From positions 49,006 to 113,005 of the forward strand of contig CAZRCT010000003.1 of NCBI GenBank assembly GCA_964598655.1: 64,000 bases of DNA, in the 5' to 3' direction. Below the pieces are notes generated by a model. The model had not been told where the DNA came from. It made no database searches and saw only the letters and a program-made list of their open reading frames with translations. The position numbers and the translations under genes are program-made. Origin of the DNA: an uncultured Gemmatimonadaceae bacterium (GTDB lineage: Bacteria; Gemmatimonadota; Gemmatimonadetes; Gemmatimonadales; GWC2-71-9). Positions 26,064-36,349 of this stretch are shown here, one piece after another. How positions within the stretch are numbered: the first letter of the stretch is position 1; each line of letters starts with the position of its first letter.

Positions 26064-26861
26064 ATGTCCACCTACCGTTCCCGCGCCACGAGCAGCGAGT
26101 CGATGCTGGACGAGCTGTTCGGGACCTCGGGGCTCGAGGGGGACCTGCCGCCCGCCGAACCGGACCCCGGCTTCCCGCTCCGCCCCTTCGCGGCGGCCAT
26201 GCCGATGGACGACCTCACCGTCACCGAGCCCCGCACCGACGAGAGCCCTGCCGAGCGGCTGTTCCGGCGCGCCATGGAGGCGGCGAGCCGCGGCCGCGCC
26301 AGCGAGGCGATCCACCGCTATCGCGAGCTGCTCCAGCTGGACCCCACCCACGTCGCCGCGCGCAACAATCTCTCGCAGCTGCTCGACACCACCGGCGACC
26401 CGGAGGAGGCGCTCGAGCAGCTGACCGCCGCGCTCCGGGTGACGCCCGACGACGTGCACCTCCTGGTGTCCCGTGGCGCCATCAACGGGCGCCTCAAGCG
26501 CTACACCGAGGCCGAGGGCGACCTGCGGAAGGCCCTTCGCCTCTCGCCCGAGAACATGAGCGCCCACCTGACCCTCGGCATGGTGCTCTGGCGGAAGGGC
26601 ATGGCGATGCCGGCGGCCGAGGCCCTCCGCCGCGCCATCACCCTGGAGCCCACCCACGCCGGCGCGCACTACTACCTCGGCGAGGCCCTGAACCAGGCCG
26701 GCGACTACCGGAACGCCCGCGCCGCGCTGGAGCGCGCCCTCGAGCTCGCCCCCGCGCAGGGGCGCACGCTCCGCCTCCTCGGGCGCGTGCTGGATCGCCT
26801 GAAGCTGCCGGACGAGGCGCAGGCCATGTATCGCCGCGCCCGCGACGCGGGCGACGCCTGA
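26064..26861 (+). CDS. TPR repeat protein
   Basis: This is the C-terminal 265 aa of track ORF 25164-26861, starting at the ATG at 26064. It has several 34-aa TPR-like repeats (AIHRYRELLQLDPTHVAARNNLSQLL... etc). Confidence 0.75.
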   Translation: MSTYRSRATSSESMLDELFGTSGLEGDLPPAEPDPGFPLRPFAAAMPMDDLTVTEPRTDESPAERLFRRAMEAASRGRASEAIHRYRELLQLDPTHVAARNNLSQLLDTTGDPEEALEQLTAALRVTPDDVHLLVSRGAINGRLKRYTEAEGDLRKALRLSPENMSAHLTLGMVLWRKGMAMPAAEALRRAITLEPTHAGAHYYLGEALNQAGDYRNARAALERALELAPAQGRTLRLLGRVLDRLKLPDEAQAMYRRARDAGDA

Positions 26862-26895
26862 CCCCCGCCACCGCCGTCGTCCCGCCCGCGCCGCG

Positions 26896-28397
26896 ATGAC
26901 CCGACGCACCCTCGCCGTGCTCATCCTCACCACCTGGGTGGGATCCCTCGGCTGGCTGGCCCAGCGCCAGCTGGCGGGCCGCACGGCCGAGGAAGCGGGG
27001 AGCCGCTGGCCGGTCCCGCCCGGCGCCGCCTTCCACGCGGTGCGCCTGGGCGAGCGGCAGGTGGGTTTTGCCTCACTGACGGTGGACACCGTGCCGGAGG
27101 GCCTCAAGGTCACCGAGCTCGTCACCCTCGACCTGCCCTCCGCCGAGGCCCGCACTCGGCGGCGGGTGAGCCGCCGCACCGAGGCGCTGTACACCCGCGG
27201 GCTCCAGCTCACCACCTGGTCCGCCGATGAACTGAGTGAGGCGGGTCGGCGCACGCTCACCGGGCGCGTCACGGCCGACACCCTGCTCACGGTGGTGGGC
27301 ACCGAGGGGGCGGCGGCCGCGGAGACGCTGGTCGTGGCCCTCCGCCGGCCGGTGGTGCTGCCGGGGGCCGTGGGGCTCGTGGCCGCCTCCCGGGGGCTGC
27401 CCCGTCCGGGCAGCCACCTGAACATCGAGGTGTACGACCCGTTCGCGGCCGAGGTGCGGCTGGAGCGCCTGACCGTGGCGCGCGACTCGCTCTTCGTGGT
27501 GCCGGACAGCGCCGAGTTCAACACCACGCTGGGGCGCTGGCGCGTGGCGCACAGCGATACCGTGCGCGCCTGGCGCCTCGAGGGGGACGACGCCGGGCTC
27601 CCGCTGGCCCGCTGGGTGGACGGCAGCGGCATGACCGTGCGGCTGGAACACGCTCTGGGCGCCACGTACGAGCGCTCGGCGTTCGAGCTCGTGAGCACCA
27701 ACTTCCGCGCTGGGCCACCGCCGGTGTGGGACACCAGCGCCACGGCCCCGAGCTACCGCCTGACGGACGCGCCGCCGGCCCAGGTGGCGCCCTTCGGCGC
27801 CGTGCTGGCGCTGGTCCCCCCGGCGGTGCTGCCGGACAGCCTCCCGGCCCTCGCGGGCGGCTGGCAGCAGCGCCGGGGCGACACGCTGCTGGTGGCGCCT
27901 CCCGCCGACAGCGCCGGCCTGGGCCCCGCCCCCGAGGACCGGGCGGCACCGCCCGTGCCGCCGCTCGATTCCGCGCTCGCGGCACCGGCGCTCGCCGTCA
28001 TCCCCCGGGCCGCCGGGGCGGATGAGGCGGCCGCCGCGCTCACGGCGTGGGTCCACACCCAGGTGGCCTCCCGCGCGGGCGCCCACACGCGGAGCCCGGC
28101 CCAGGTGCTGACCCGGCGCCAGGGCACGGACCAGGAGCAGGTGGACCTGCTCGTGGCGCTGCTCCGTGCCGCCGACCTTCCGGCGCGGCGGGTGTGGGGA
28201 CTGGTCCGCGCCGGCGGCCGCTGGGAGCTCCGCCCCTGGGCGGAGGCATGGACCGGCCGCTGGCGCCCGCTCGACCCGACCCTCGCCGCCGGCGCCCCCG
28301 TGGCCCGCGTCCGCCTCGCCACCGGCGGCGAGGCTCGCTTCCTCGACCTGGCGCTCCGCGCCGGACGGCTCCGCCTGACGGCGCTCCAGGAGACTCC

Positions 28398-28401
<4 letters not shown>
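26896..28401 (+). CDS. Transglutaminase-like domain protein (nucleophile apparently not conserved)
   Basis: 501 aa. The C-terminal segment RRQGTDQEQVDLLVALLRAADLPARRVWGLV matches the transglutaminase-core pattern G-x-C-x-x-[FH]..L..A.GIPAR.V.G, but has T-D where the Cys is expected. Confidence 0.65.
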
Positions 28402-29153
<752 letters not shown>

Positions 29154-29155
29154 CC

Positions 29156-30853
29156 ATGGACCAGCCCCGCCAGCCCTCGCTCACGACCATCACCATCCCC
29201 AAATGGCGGACGGCGGTGAACCGCTTCCGCCAGGAGCGCTCCGGCGGGAGCGGCCGCTTCCTGCTGCTCACGCTGGTGGCGCTGGGCTGCTGGCTCGGGA
29301 TCTTCGGCGTGGTGTTCCGGGTGCTCCGCTACCTGCAGTCCACGAGCGAGGTCGGCGTGCCGCTCGCGGCCAAGGGGCTGAGCATCCTGCTGCTCTCCTT
29401 CGCCTCGCTGCTGCTCCTCTCCAACCTCGTCACCGCGCTCTCGGCCTTCTTCCTGGCGAAGGACCTGGACCTGCTCGTCTCCTCGCCCGTGGACTGGCTG
29501 CACCTGTACCTGGCCAAGCTCGGCGAGACGCTGCTCCACTCCTCGTGGATGGTGGCGCTCATCGCGGTGCCGATCTTCACGGCCTACGGCCTGGTGTTCG
29601 ACGGCGGGTTCCTCTTTCCGCTCGTGGTCATCGGCGCGCTGGTGCCCTACTTCGTGCTGCCGTCGGTGGTGGGGTGCGCCGTCACGCTCATCCTGGTGAA
29701 CGTCTTCCCCGCCCGGCGCACCCGGGACCTCCTGAGCCTCATCGCCATCGGGGCGGTGGGCGGCCTCGTGCTCCTCTTCCGGCTGGTGCGGCCCGAGCGG
29801 CTGTCGCGCCCGGAGGGGATGCGCAACCTCATCGACTACCTGCAGGGCCTGCAGGCGCCCACGAGCCCGTTCCTGCCGAGCGAGTGGGCCTCGCAGATGA
29901 TCATGAACTGGCTCCAGCGCACCGCCGACCCGCTGCCCGTGCTCCTGCTCTGGAGCACCGCGGCGGCGTTCGTGGTGCTCGGGGCCATGCTGCACGGGCG
30001 GCTCTACCACGGCGGCTTCAGCAAGGCGCAGGAGGGGGCCGAGCGCTTCGTGCAGGGGAAGCACTGGTCGGGCATCGGGGCACGGCTCTTCCGCTCGATG
30101 CCGGCGGCCCGGCGCGAGTTCGTGCTGAAGGACATCCGGCTCTTCTTCCGCGACACCACGCAGTGGAGCCAGCTCATCCTGCTGGCGGTGCTGCTCGTGG
30201 TGTACGTGTTCAACATCAAGTCGCTGCCGCTGTTCAGCGGCGAGAAGGTGCCGGTGTTCCTGGTGACGCTGGTGGTGTTCCTCAACCTGGGCCTCGCCGG
30301 CTTCGTGCTCGCGGCCATCGCGGCGCGCTTCGTCTTCCCCGCGGTCTCGCTCGAAGGGAAGCAGATGTGGCTGCTCCGCTCGAGCCCGCTCGACCTGCGC
30401 GCCCTGCTCTGGAGCAAGTACTGGACGGGCACCGTGCCGCTCCTCGTCCTGGCCGTGGCCATCACCGCCGGCACCAACCTCCTGCTCCAGGCCTCGCCCT
30501 TCATGATGGTGGTGAGCCTCGGCACCATCGTCCTGTTCACCTTCGCGCTCAGCGCGCTGGCGCTCTGCTTCGGGGCGCTCTATCCGCGCTTCGACACGGA
30601 GAACGCGGCCCAGATCCCCACCAGCTTCGGCGGGCTCGTGTTCATGATGTCCGCGGTGGTGCTGCTCGGCGTGGTGCTGGTCCTCGAGGCTACCCCGGTG
30701 CTCGGCTACCTGCGCGCCCAGTTCGCCGGCGAGGACGCCACCCTGGGCCTCGGCATGATCGCCTCCCTCGGCGGCGTGGTCCTCCTCTGCGGGCTGTGCA
30801 CCGTCATCCCCCTCCGCATCGGCCTCCGCCGCATGGAGGCGATGGAGTTCTAG
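29156..30853 (+). CDS. Polytopic membrane protein, putative ABC exporter permease
   Basis: The ATG at 29156 is 2 nt after the ATPase stop. 565 aa with about 10 or more hydrophobic helices. Confidence 0.75.
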   Translation: MDQPRQPSLTTITIPKWRTAVNRFRQERSGGSGRFLLLTLVALGCWLGIFGVVFRVLRYLQSTSEVGVPLAAKGLSILLLSFASLLLLSNLVTALSAFFLAKDLDLLVSSPVDWLHLYLAKLGETLLHSSWMVALIAVPIFTAYGLVFDGGFLFPLVVIGALVPYFVLPSVVGCAVTLILVNVFPARRTRDLLSLIAIGAVGGLVLLFRLVRPERLSRPEGMRNLIDYLQGLQAPTSPFLPSEWASQMIMNWLQRTADPLPVLLLWSTAAAFVVLGAMLHGRLYHGGFSKAQEGAERFVQGKHWSGIGARLFRSMPAARREFVLKDIRLFFRDTTQWSQLILLAVLLVVYVFNIKSLPLFSGEKVPVFLVTLVVFLNLGLAGFVLAAIAARFVFPAVSLEGKQMWLLRSSPLDLRALLWSKYWTGTVPLLVLAVAITAGTNLLLQASPFMMVVSLGTIVLFTFALSALALCFGALYPRFDTENAAQIPTSFGGLVFMMSAVVLLGVVLVLEATPVLGYLRAQFAGEDATLGLGMIASLGGVVLLCGLCTVIPLRIGLRRMEAMEF

Positions 30854-30854
30854 G

Positions 30855-30877
30855 CCGGGGGCACCGCCCGCCCCCGG
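30855..30877 (+). terminator. Hairpin after the permease gene
   Basis: CCGGGGGC-accgccc-GCCCCCGG starting 2 nt after the stop codon. Confidence 0.4.
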
Positions 30878-31261
30878 GGCATCACCCCTGCAGCGCACCG
30901 ACGGCGCCCGTCCCCGGGGTCTCCCGGCAGGGGCCGTCGGCCATCGCAGTCCCCATCCGCCCGCACAGATCCCGGCCGACGACGCACCCGGCCCCGTCCT
31001 GACTGCCGCCGCGCCGCCCCGTGCGGTGGCTCGGGCGGGCCGTTGGCCCTCGCCGCGCCGCCTCCGCATCACCCGCCTCACTCCAGTTCACCCGCCTCCG
31101 TCACCACGGGGGACTCGCCTGACAGGGGCCGGGGCCCCCGGCACCGCGTGCGTGCTTTTGGTACGGCCCGCGTTGGAATGCGACCGGTCTTTCGGGGGCG
31201 CGGCCCTACTGTGGGCGCGCCGTCATGCCACGCGCTGCATCCAGTCCCCCGGAGGCTTCCC

Positions 31262-32461
31262 ATGTCGTTCCGACGCACTGCCGCCCTCGTCACCCTCCTC
31301 CTCGCCGCCACGGCCTGCGCCGAACGTGGCGAGGACGGCCCGCCCACCGCCCCGCCCACGGCGGCGCCGCCGGTGGCGCAGGCCGTCACGCCCGAGACCC
31401 GCGAGCTCGAGGGCGTGGCCCGCCGGCTGGCCCTCGCGCTGGCGGATCCCGGCTTCCGCGCCCGCCTGCGCGCCCGCCTCGAGGCCTCCCCCATCCGGGA
31501 GCACAAGCTGCACCTGCAGCGGGACCTCGCCGCGGGCGGGGGCCGGGAGCGCCGCGAGCTGGCCCGCCTCACCCGGGAGTCCGACCGGAGCGTGGACTCC
31601 CTGCTGGCCGCCACCCGCGGGCTCGAGATGTACTTCCCGGTCCCCGCGCACCGGAACGCCTGGCCGGGCGACACCAACCTGCTGGTGGCCACCGCCGCCC
31701 GTGACCACGACGTCCCGGTGGCCTTCGACGTCCGGGGCCGTCGCGTCCTCCTCGACCCCGACACGCCCCCCGCCACCCCCGTGCTCGCCGTGGTCCCGGT
31801 GGAGACCGACTTCGACCGCCCGCTGCGGAGCGCCAGCGCCACCTGCACCAACTGCGGCACCGGCGGCGGAGGGGCCTCGAGCGGGGGCCTGTACATGACC
31901 CGGGCCAAGTTCTTCTCGGATTTTGAGGGTTGGTTGAAGGGGAGCCCCGAGTTTGAGGTGCACATCATGGGGCAGAAGGGCACCAGCGATTCCCTGACCC
32001 GCTACGCCTGCGCGGGCGAGCATGAGAACGCGCTCTACAACTGGGACGGCGGCACCGACTGGAGCGGCACCGTCCTGCTCTTCAGCCGGCCCCAGATCGA
32101 CGCCTACCAGGCGGCGCACCCCAACGAGGCCTTCCGGATCGTGGCCATGGAAGACGACAACACCGCCTGCGAGCTGAAGATCAGCGACAACCTGTGGAGC
32201 GACTTCATCAGCGCGATCGGCCCGCTCTACAAGGACATGACCGGCGCCGTGGACTCGGGCGACCCCAATCGCATCCTCCGGGCCGGCAAGAGCCTCAAGA
32301 ACGTCCTCACGGCCGTCATGAACCTGATCAAGACCAATGACGACCTCATCGGCACCGCCATCGAGGCCCGGATCACCGGCGAGGCCCGCACCGGCTTCAA
32401 CTGGGTCCTCAAGGCCGACGGCGGCACCACCAACGGCTGGCTGAACCTCGTGCTCGAATAG
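31262..32461 (+). CDS. Lipoprotein, unknown function
   Basis: The ATG at 31262 begins MSFRRTAALVTLLLAATACAERG (lipobox). 399 aa. No family recognised. Confidence 0.65.
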   Translation: MSFRRTAALVTLLLAATACAERGEDGPPTAPPTAAPPVAQAVTPETRELEGVARRLALALADPGFRARLRARLEASPIREHKLHLQRDLAAGGGRERRELARLTRESDRSVDSLLAATRGLEMYFPVPAHRNAWPGDTNLLVATAARDHDVPVAFDVRGRRVLLDPDTPPATPVLAVVPVETDFDRPLRSASATCTNCGTGGGGASSGGLYMTRAKFFSDFEGWLKGSPEFEVHIMGQKGTSDSLTRYACAGEHENALYNWDGGTDWSGTVLLFSRPQIDAYQAAHPNEAFRIVAMEDDNTACELKISDNLWSDFISAIGPLYKDMTGAVDSGDPNRILRAGKSLKNVLTAVMNLIKTNDDLIGTAIEARITGEARTGFNWVLKADGGTTNGWLNLVLE

Positions 32462-32520
32462 TCCGGCGCCCCGGGCCGCGCCCGCGGCCCGGGGCCGCCC
32501 ACCCCCACCAAGGAGACTCC

Positions 32521-33150
32521 ATGCCCAGCCCGATCCGGCGGATCCTGCTGCTGACCCTCGCCCTCGCCGGCGCCGGCGTCCCCGACCGGCTCCACGCGCA
32601 GCGGCCCGGCCGCTGGTCCATCCACCTCGCCGCCAGCCATGAGAGCTTCGCCGGCGCCTCGCGCGACACCACCACCATCCCCGGGGCCCCCGTGGACGTG
32701 CATCCCGCCCCGCGCCTGGCGCTGGAGGTGGGTCTCGGGCGCCGCTTCGGCGCATGGGAGCTGACGCTGGGCGGGGCGGTTGCCCCCGGGAACCTGCGGG
32801 CCGTCACCGACGCGGTGGCGGTCGACAACCGGGACGGGGGAGTGGATCGCTACAGGGTGGCCCTCAGGGTCGGACGCGCAGTGGCCCACCTGAGCGCGGC
32901 ACGCCTGCTGGTGGAGGCGGGCCTGGCCACCGACCATTGGGCCATCTCGGACGGCTCCGGCCGCACCACGCTCGCCGGGCAAGCCGGCCTGCGGCTCCGG
33001 GTGCCGCTCGGGCGCGGCCTGGCCCTGGAACAGAGCGCGCTCTTCACGCTGGGGGGAACCCCCTTCGCGAAGAGCGCGTTGCCGCCGGAGGCGGTGCTGT
33101 CGTCCCTGAAGACGTGGAGCCTGGGCGTGGGGCTCCGGCGCGGCTGGTGA
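32521..33150 (+). CDS. Putative small outer-membrane beta-barrel protein
   Basis: 209 aa with a signal peptide (LALAGAGVPDRLHAQ), alternating beta-strand pattern, and a C-terminus ...SLGVGLRRGW ending in an aromatic residue. Confidence 0.5.
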   Translation: MPSPIRRILLLTLALAGAGVPDRLHAQRPGRWSIHLAASHESFAGASRDTTTIPGAPVDVHPAPRLALEVGLGRRFGAWELTLGGAVAPGNLRAVTDAVAVDNRDGGVDRYRVALRVGRAVAHLSAARLLVEAGLATDHWAISDGSGRTTLAGQAGLRLRVPLGRGLALEQSALFTLGGTPFAKSALPPEAVLSSLKTWSLGVGLRRGW

Positions 33151-33678
33151 TCAGGCCTGCGCCACCGCCGAGCCGCAGCTCTCGCAGAAGCGGCTGCCGG
33201 GCACCAGCGCCGCCCCGCACGAGCCGCAGCCCCCGATCGTCAGCGAGCGGCCGCAGCCCGAGCAGAACAGGGCGTCGCCCTCGGGCCGCGGGCCGCACGC
33301 CGGGCACTTCACGGCCCCCGCCACCAGCGCCCGGACCCGGTCGGCGATCAGGGCCTCCACGGCATCCCCCGAGGCGCCGGCCGCCACGGGGGCGGGCGCC
33401 GCCGCCGGAGCCGGCGCCTCGCGCCGGAGCACCTCGAGCGCCTCGGCCGTGTACTTGGCCTTGAGCGCGGCGTAGTCCTCGTCGGACAGCTTGCCGGTGG
33501 CCTTGTCGAACTCGATCTCCCGCAGCGCGGCGAGCGCCATGCCCTTCGGCGTCTCCTCGAGATCTTCCGGTTCGTCGGCGCCGATCTGGGCCGCCTGGCT
33601 GCCCCCGAGGAGCGGCCCGAGCAGCAGGGCCACGACGGCGAGCGCCACGAGCACCGCGGCAATGGCTTCGTAGATCAC
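33151..33678 (-). CDS. Membrane-anchored double zinc-ribbon protein, CcmI-N-terminal-like
   Basis: 175 aa: an N-terminal TM helix, LREIEFDKATGKLSDEDYAALKAKY, then CPACG..CSGCG and CGSCG..CESCG. 4-nt overlap with the ccmH stop. Confidence 0.55.
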   Translation of the reverse strand: MIYEAIAAVLVALAVVALLLGPLLGGSQAAQIGADEPEDLEETPKGMALAALREIEFDKATGKLSDEDYAALKAKYTAEALEVLRREAPAPAAAPAPVAAGASGDAVEALIADRVRALVAGAVKCPACGPRPEGDALFCSGCGRSLTIGGCGSCGAALVPGSRFCESCGSAVAQA

Positions 33679-34307
33679 GAGTCGAGCTCCCGGAGTTCGC
33701 GCTCGAGGCGCGCCAGCTCCTCGGGGGTGGCCGTGCCGTCGGGCAGCACGGGGACGCCCGCGTCGGTGGCTCCCGCCGCGGGGCCAGGCACCGCGCCGGC
33801 GAGGGCCGCCTGCCGGGTCAGGGCGCGGCGGCGCAGGATGGCCGTGAGCACCGCCCCGGCCGTGAGGATGGCGAGCCCGGGCACCACGTACCCGGCGATG
33901 TTGAAGCCCTCGGCCTTCGGGGCCATCAGCACGTCCTCGCCGTACTTGGCCACGAAGGCCGCCACGATCTCGTCCGCCGTCTTGCCCTCATCCTGCAGCG
34001 CCAGCACTTCCTTGTGGAGCTGCGGGCTGTAGGTGCAGGTGAAGTCGGTGGTCCGGCAGGTGTAGATGTCCAGGGTGCAGCCGCAGGTGCACTGCAACCG
34101 GTGCTCCACCGCCTTCACGAACTCGTCGTTGTCCCGGCTGGTGGCGCGCTCGCGGGAGCGGCCCGCCGAGACGGGGTCGCGGAGCAGCCCGGCCTCGCCC
34201 TGGCCCGCCAGCGGCTCCTGCTGCTGGGCGCGCGCCAGGGGCGGGACCCCGAGCAGGAGGATGCCCGCCGCGGCGCCGCGGCGAAGCAGGTCGCGACGGG
34301 TGGTCAT
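33675..34307 (-). CDS. ccmH: Cytochrome c biogenesis protein CcmH/CycL family (atypical Cys motif)
   Basis: This is the C-terminal 210 aa of track ORF 33675-36374, starting at the ATG at 34307 (ATGA overlap with ccmF). It has a twin-Arg-like signal (MTTRRDLLRRGAAAG), a CcmH-like core (GKTADEIVAAFVAKYGEDVLMAP) and a TM helix. Its Cys cluster is LQCTCGC...C...C instead of LRCxxC. Confidence 0.75.
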   Translation of the reverse strand: MTTRRDLLRRGAAAGILLLGVPPLARAQQQEPLAGQGEAGLLRDPVSAGRSRERATSRDNDEFVKAVEHRLQCTCGCTLDIYTCRTTDFTCTYSPQLHKEVLALQDEGKTADEIVAAFVAKYGEDVLMAPKAEGFNIAGYVVPGLAILTAGAVLTAILRRRALTRQAALAGAVPGPAAGATDAGVPVLPDGTATPEELARLERELRELDS

Positions 34308-36349
34308 GAGGCGCTCCCGGCACCCGCCAGCTGCACCTCGTAGCCGGCCTGCGCCCGGCGGGTGACGCCCGCACCGGCGCTCCCGGGCCACATCGTCACC
34401 AGGCCCCCGATCACCAGGATCACCCCGCCCAGCCACACCCACAGCACCAGCGGGTTGATCGTGAAGCGGTACACCGCCTCCTCGGTGCCCTGCACCGAGC
34501 CCGCGTACACGATGTAGAGATCCTCCTGCATCCCGCTCCGGATGCCCACCTCGGTGGAGGGCTCGAACGACTTCTGCCGCACCCCGGGCGCCGGCTCGGA
34601 GAAGTGCTGGCGCTTCTCCGAGTTGATCACGCCGATGGGCTTGCCGTCCTTGCTCACCTGCACCGAGGCCTGCGTCACCACCCGGTTCAGCTGCTCGAAC
34701 TGGGACACGCCGAGGTGGGTGAAGGTGTAGGTGTGGCCGTAGGGACTCTTGAGGGTGGCGGTCTCGCCCGGCTTGAGCGTGGCTTCCATCTCCGTCTTGA
34801 ACGCCATGCCGGCGAAGGCCACGAACATGACCACCATGCCCGCGTGCACGATGTACCCGCCGTAGCGCCGGCGGTTGCGCGCCACGAGCTGGCCGAAGGC
34901 CACCGGCCACGCCTCGCCGTACATCTTGTGCCGGGCCCGGGTGCCGCGCGCAAACTCCTGCACCAGCGTCCCCGCCGTGAAGGCGCCGAGGGCGATGGCC
35001 ATCACCGCGTAGAAGTCCCGGCTCCCGGTGGCCACCATCGCGACCCCCGCCACGAGCCCCGTGAGCACCGGCCAGGTGAACTGCCGCTTGAGGTTGGCCG
35101 TCGAGGCCTTCCGCCAGGCGATGAGCGGCCCGATGCCCGTCAGCATGAGCAGCAGCAGCCCCAGCGGCACGTTCACCTTGTTGAAGAAGGGGGGCCCCAC
35201 CGTGATCTTGGTGCCCCGCACCGCCTCCGACAGGATCGGGAACAGCGTCCCCCAGAGCACCGAGAAGGCGATGCCCACCAGGAGCAGGTTGTTGAACAGG
35301 AACGCCGCCTCGCGGCTCACCATGCTCTCCAGCTGCACGTCCGCCTCGAGCCGGTCCCACCGGGTGTAGAGCAGCGTGAAGCCGAGGATGCCGGCGATCA
35401 GCAGGAAGGCCAGGAAGAAGTAGCCCACGTTGGATTGCGTGAAGCTGTGCACGCTCGCGATGACGCCGCTCCGCGTGATGAACGTCCCGAAGATGCTGAG
35501 CAGGAAGGAGCCCACGATGAGCGCCATGTTCCAGCGCTTGAGCATCCCCCGCTTCTCCTGGATCATCACCGAATGCAGGAACGCGGACATGGTGAGCCAC
35601 GGCAGCAGGCTGGCGTTCTCCACCGGGTCCCACGCCCAGTAGCCGCCCCACCCCAGCTCCACGTACGCCCACCACATCCCGAGCACGATGCCGATGCTCA
35701 GGAACAGCCACGACATGATGGTCCACTTCCGGATGGCGTGGAGCCAGCCGGTGTCCACCCGCCGCGACAGCAGCGCCGCCACCGCGAAGGCGAACGGGAT
35801 GGTGATGCTGATGTAGCCCAGGTAGAGCATCGGCGGGTGGATGATCATGCCGATGTTCTGCAGCTGCGGGTTGAGCCCGTTGCCGTCCGGCGGCGTGAAG
35901 GGCAGCCGCTCGAACGGGTTCGAGGCGAAGAGCATCACCACGATGAAGAACGACACCACCCCGCTCGTGACCGCGGCCACGTACGGCAGCAGCGCCCGGT
36001 AGCGCGCCGAGGTGAGCCACTGCGCCGCCGACGAGAAGCCGGAGAGCACCACCGCCCAGAACAGCAGCGATCCCTTCTGCCCCGCCCAGAAGGCCGAGAC
36101 GATGAAGTAGTCGGGCAGGTTCCGGGAGGTGTAGCTGGCCACGTACTCGATGTTGAAGTCGTGGCTGATGAGCCCCTTCCAGAGCGCCGCGGAGGCCACC
36201 AGCATCACCGCGAAGAGGGCGTGGGTGGCGCGGGTGACGCTCACCGCGAGCGCCGGCTGGGCGTGCCAGCGGCCCGAGAAGCCCACGAGCATGGCCCAGG
36301 CCCCGAGCAGGAGCCCGGTCCAGAGCGCGAAGGTGCCGAGCAGGGTCAT
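34304..36349 (-). CDS. ccmF: Cytochrome c-type biogenesis protein CcmF (heme lyase)
   Basis: 681 aa, polytopic, with the WWD-type motif WGGYWAWDPVENASLLPWL. Confidence 0.95.
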   Translation of the reverse strand: MTLLGTFALWTGLLLGAWAMLVGFSGRWHAQPALAVSVTRATHALFAVMLVASAALWKGLISHDFNIEYVASYTSRNLPDYFIVSAFWAGQKGSLLFWAVVLSGFSSAAQWLTSARYRALLPYVAAVTSGVVSFFIVVMLFASNPFERLPFTPPDGNGLNPQLQNIGMIIHPPMLYLGYISITIPFAFAVAALLSRRVDTGWLHAIRKWTIMSWLFLSIGIVLGMWWAYVELGWGGYWAWDPVENASLLPWLTMSAFLHSVMIQEKRGMLKRWNMALIVGSFLLSIFGTFITRSGVIASVHSFTQSNVGYFFLAFLLIAGILGFTLLYTRWDRLEADVQLESMVSREAAFLFNNLLLVGIAFSVLWGTLFPILSEAVRGTKITVGPPFFNKVNVPLGLLLLMLTGIGPLIAWRKASTANLKRQFTWPVLTGLVAGVAMVATGSRDFYAVMAIALGAFTAGTLVQEFARGTRARHKMYGEAWPVAFGQLVARNRRRYGGYIVHAGMVVMFVAFAGMAFKTEMEATLKPGETATLKSPYGHTYTFTHLGVSQFEQLNRVVTQASVQVSKDGKPIGVINSEKRQHFSEPAPGVRQKSFEPSTEVGIRSGMQEDLYIVYAGSVQGTEEAVYRFTINPLVLWVWLGGVILVIGGLVTMWPGSAGAGVTRRAQAGYEVQLAGAGSAS

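Noticed and set aside
31900-32461. Visibly lower GC in the second half of the lipoprotein gene as a sign of horizontal transfer
   Set aside because: Third codon positions remain G/C-rich. The dip comes from amino-acid composition (more Lys, Asn, Asp, Ile). There are no flanking repeats, tRNA or integrase.
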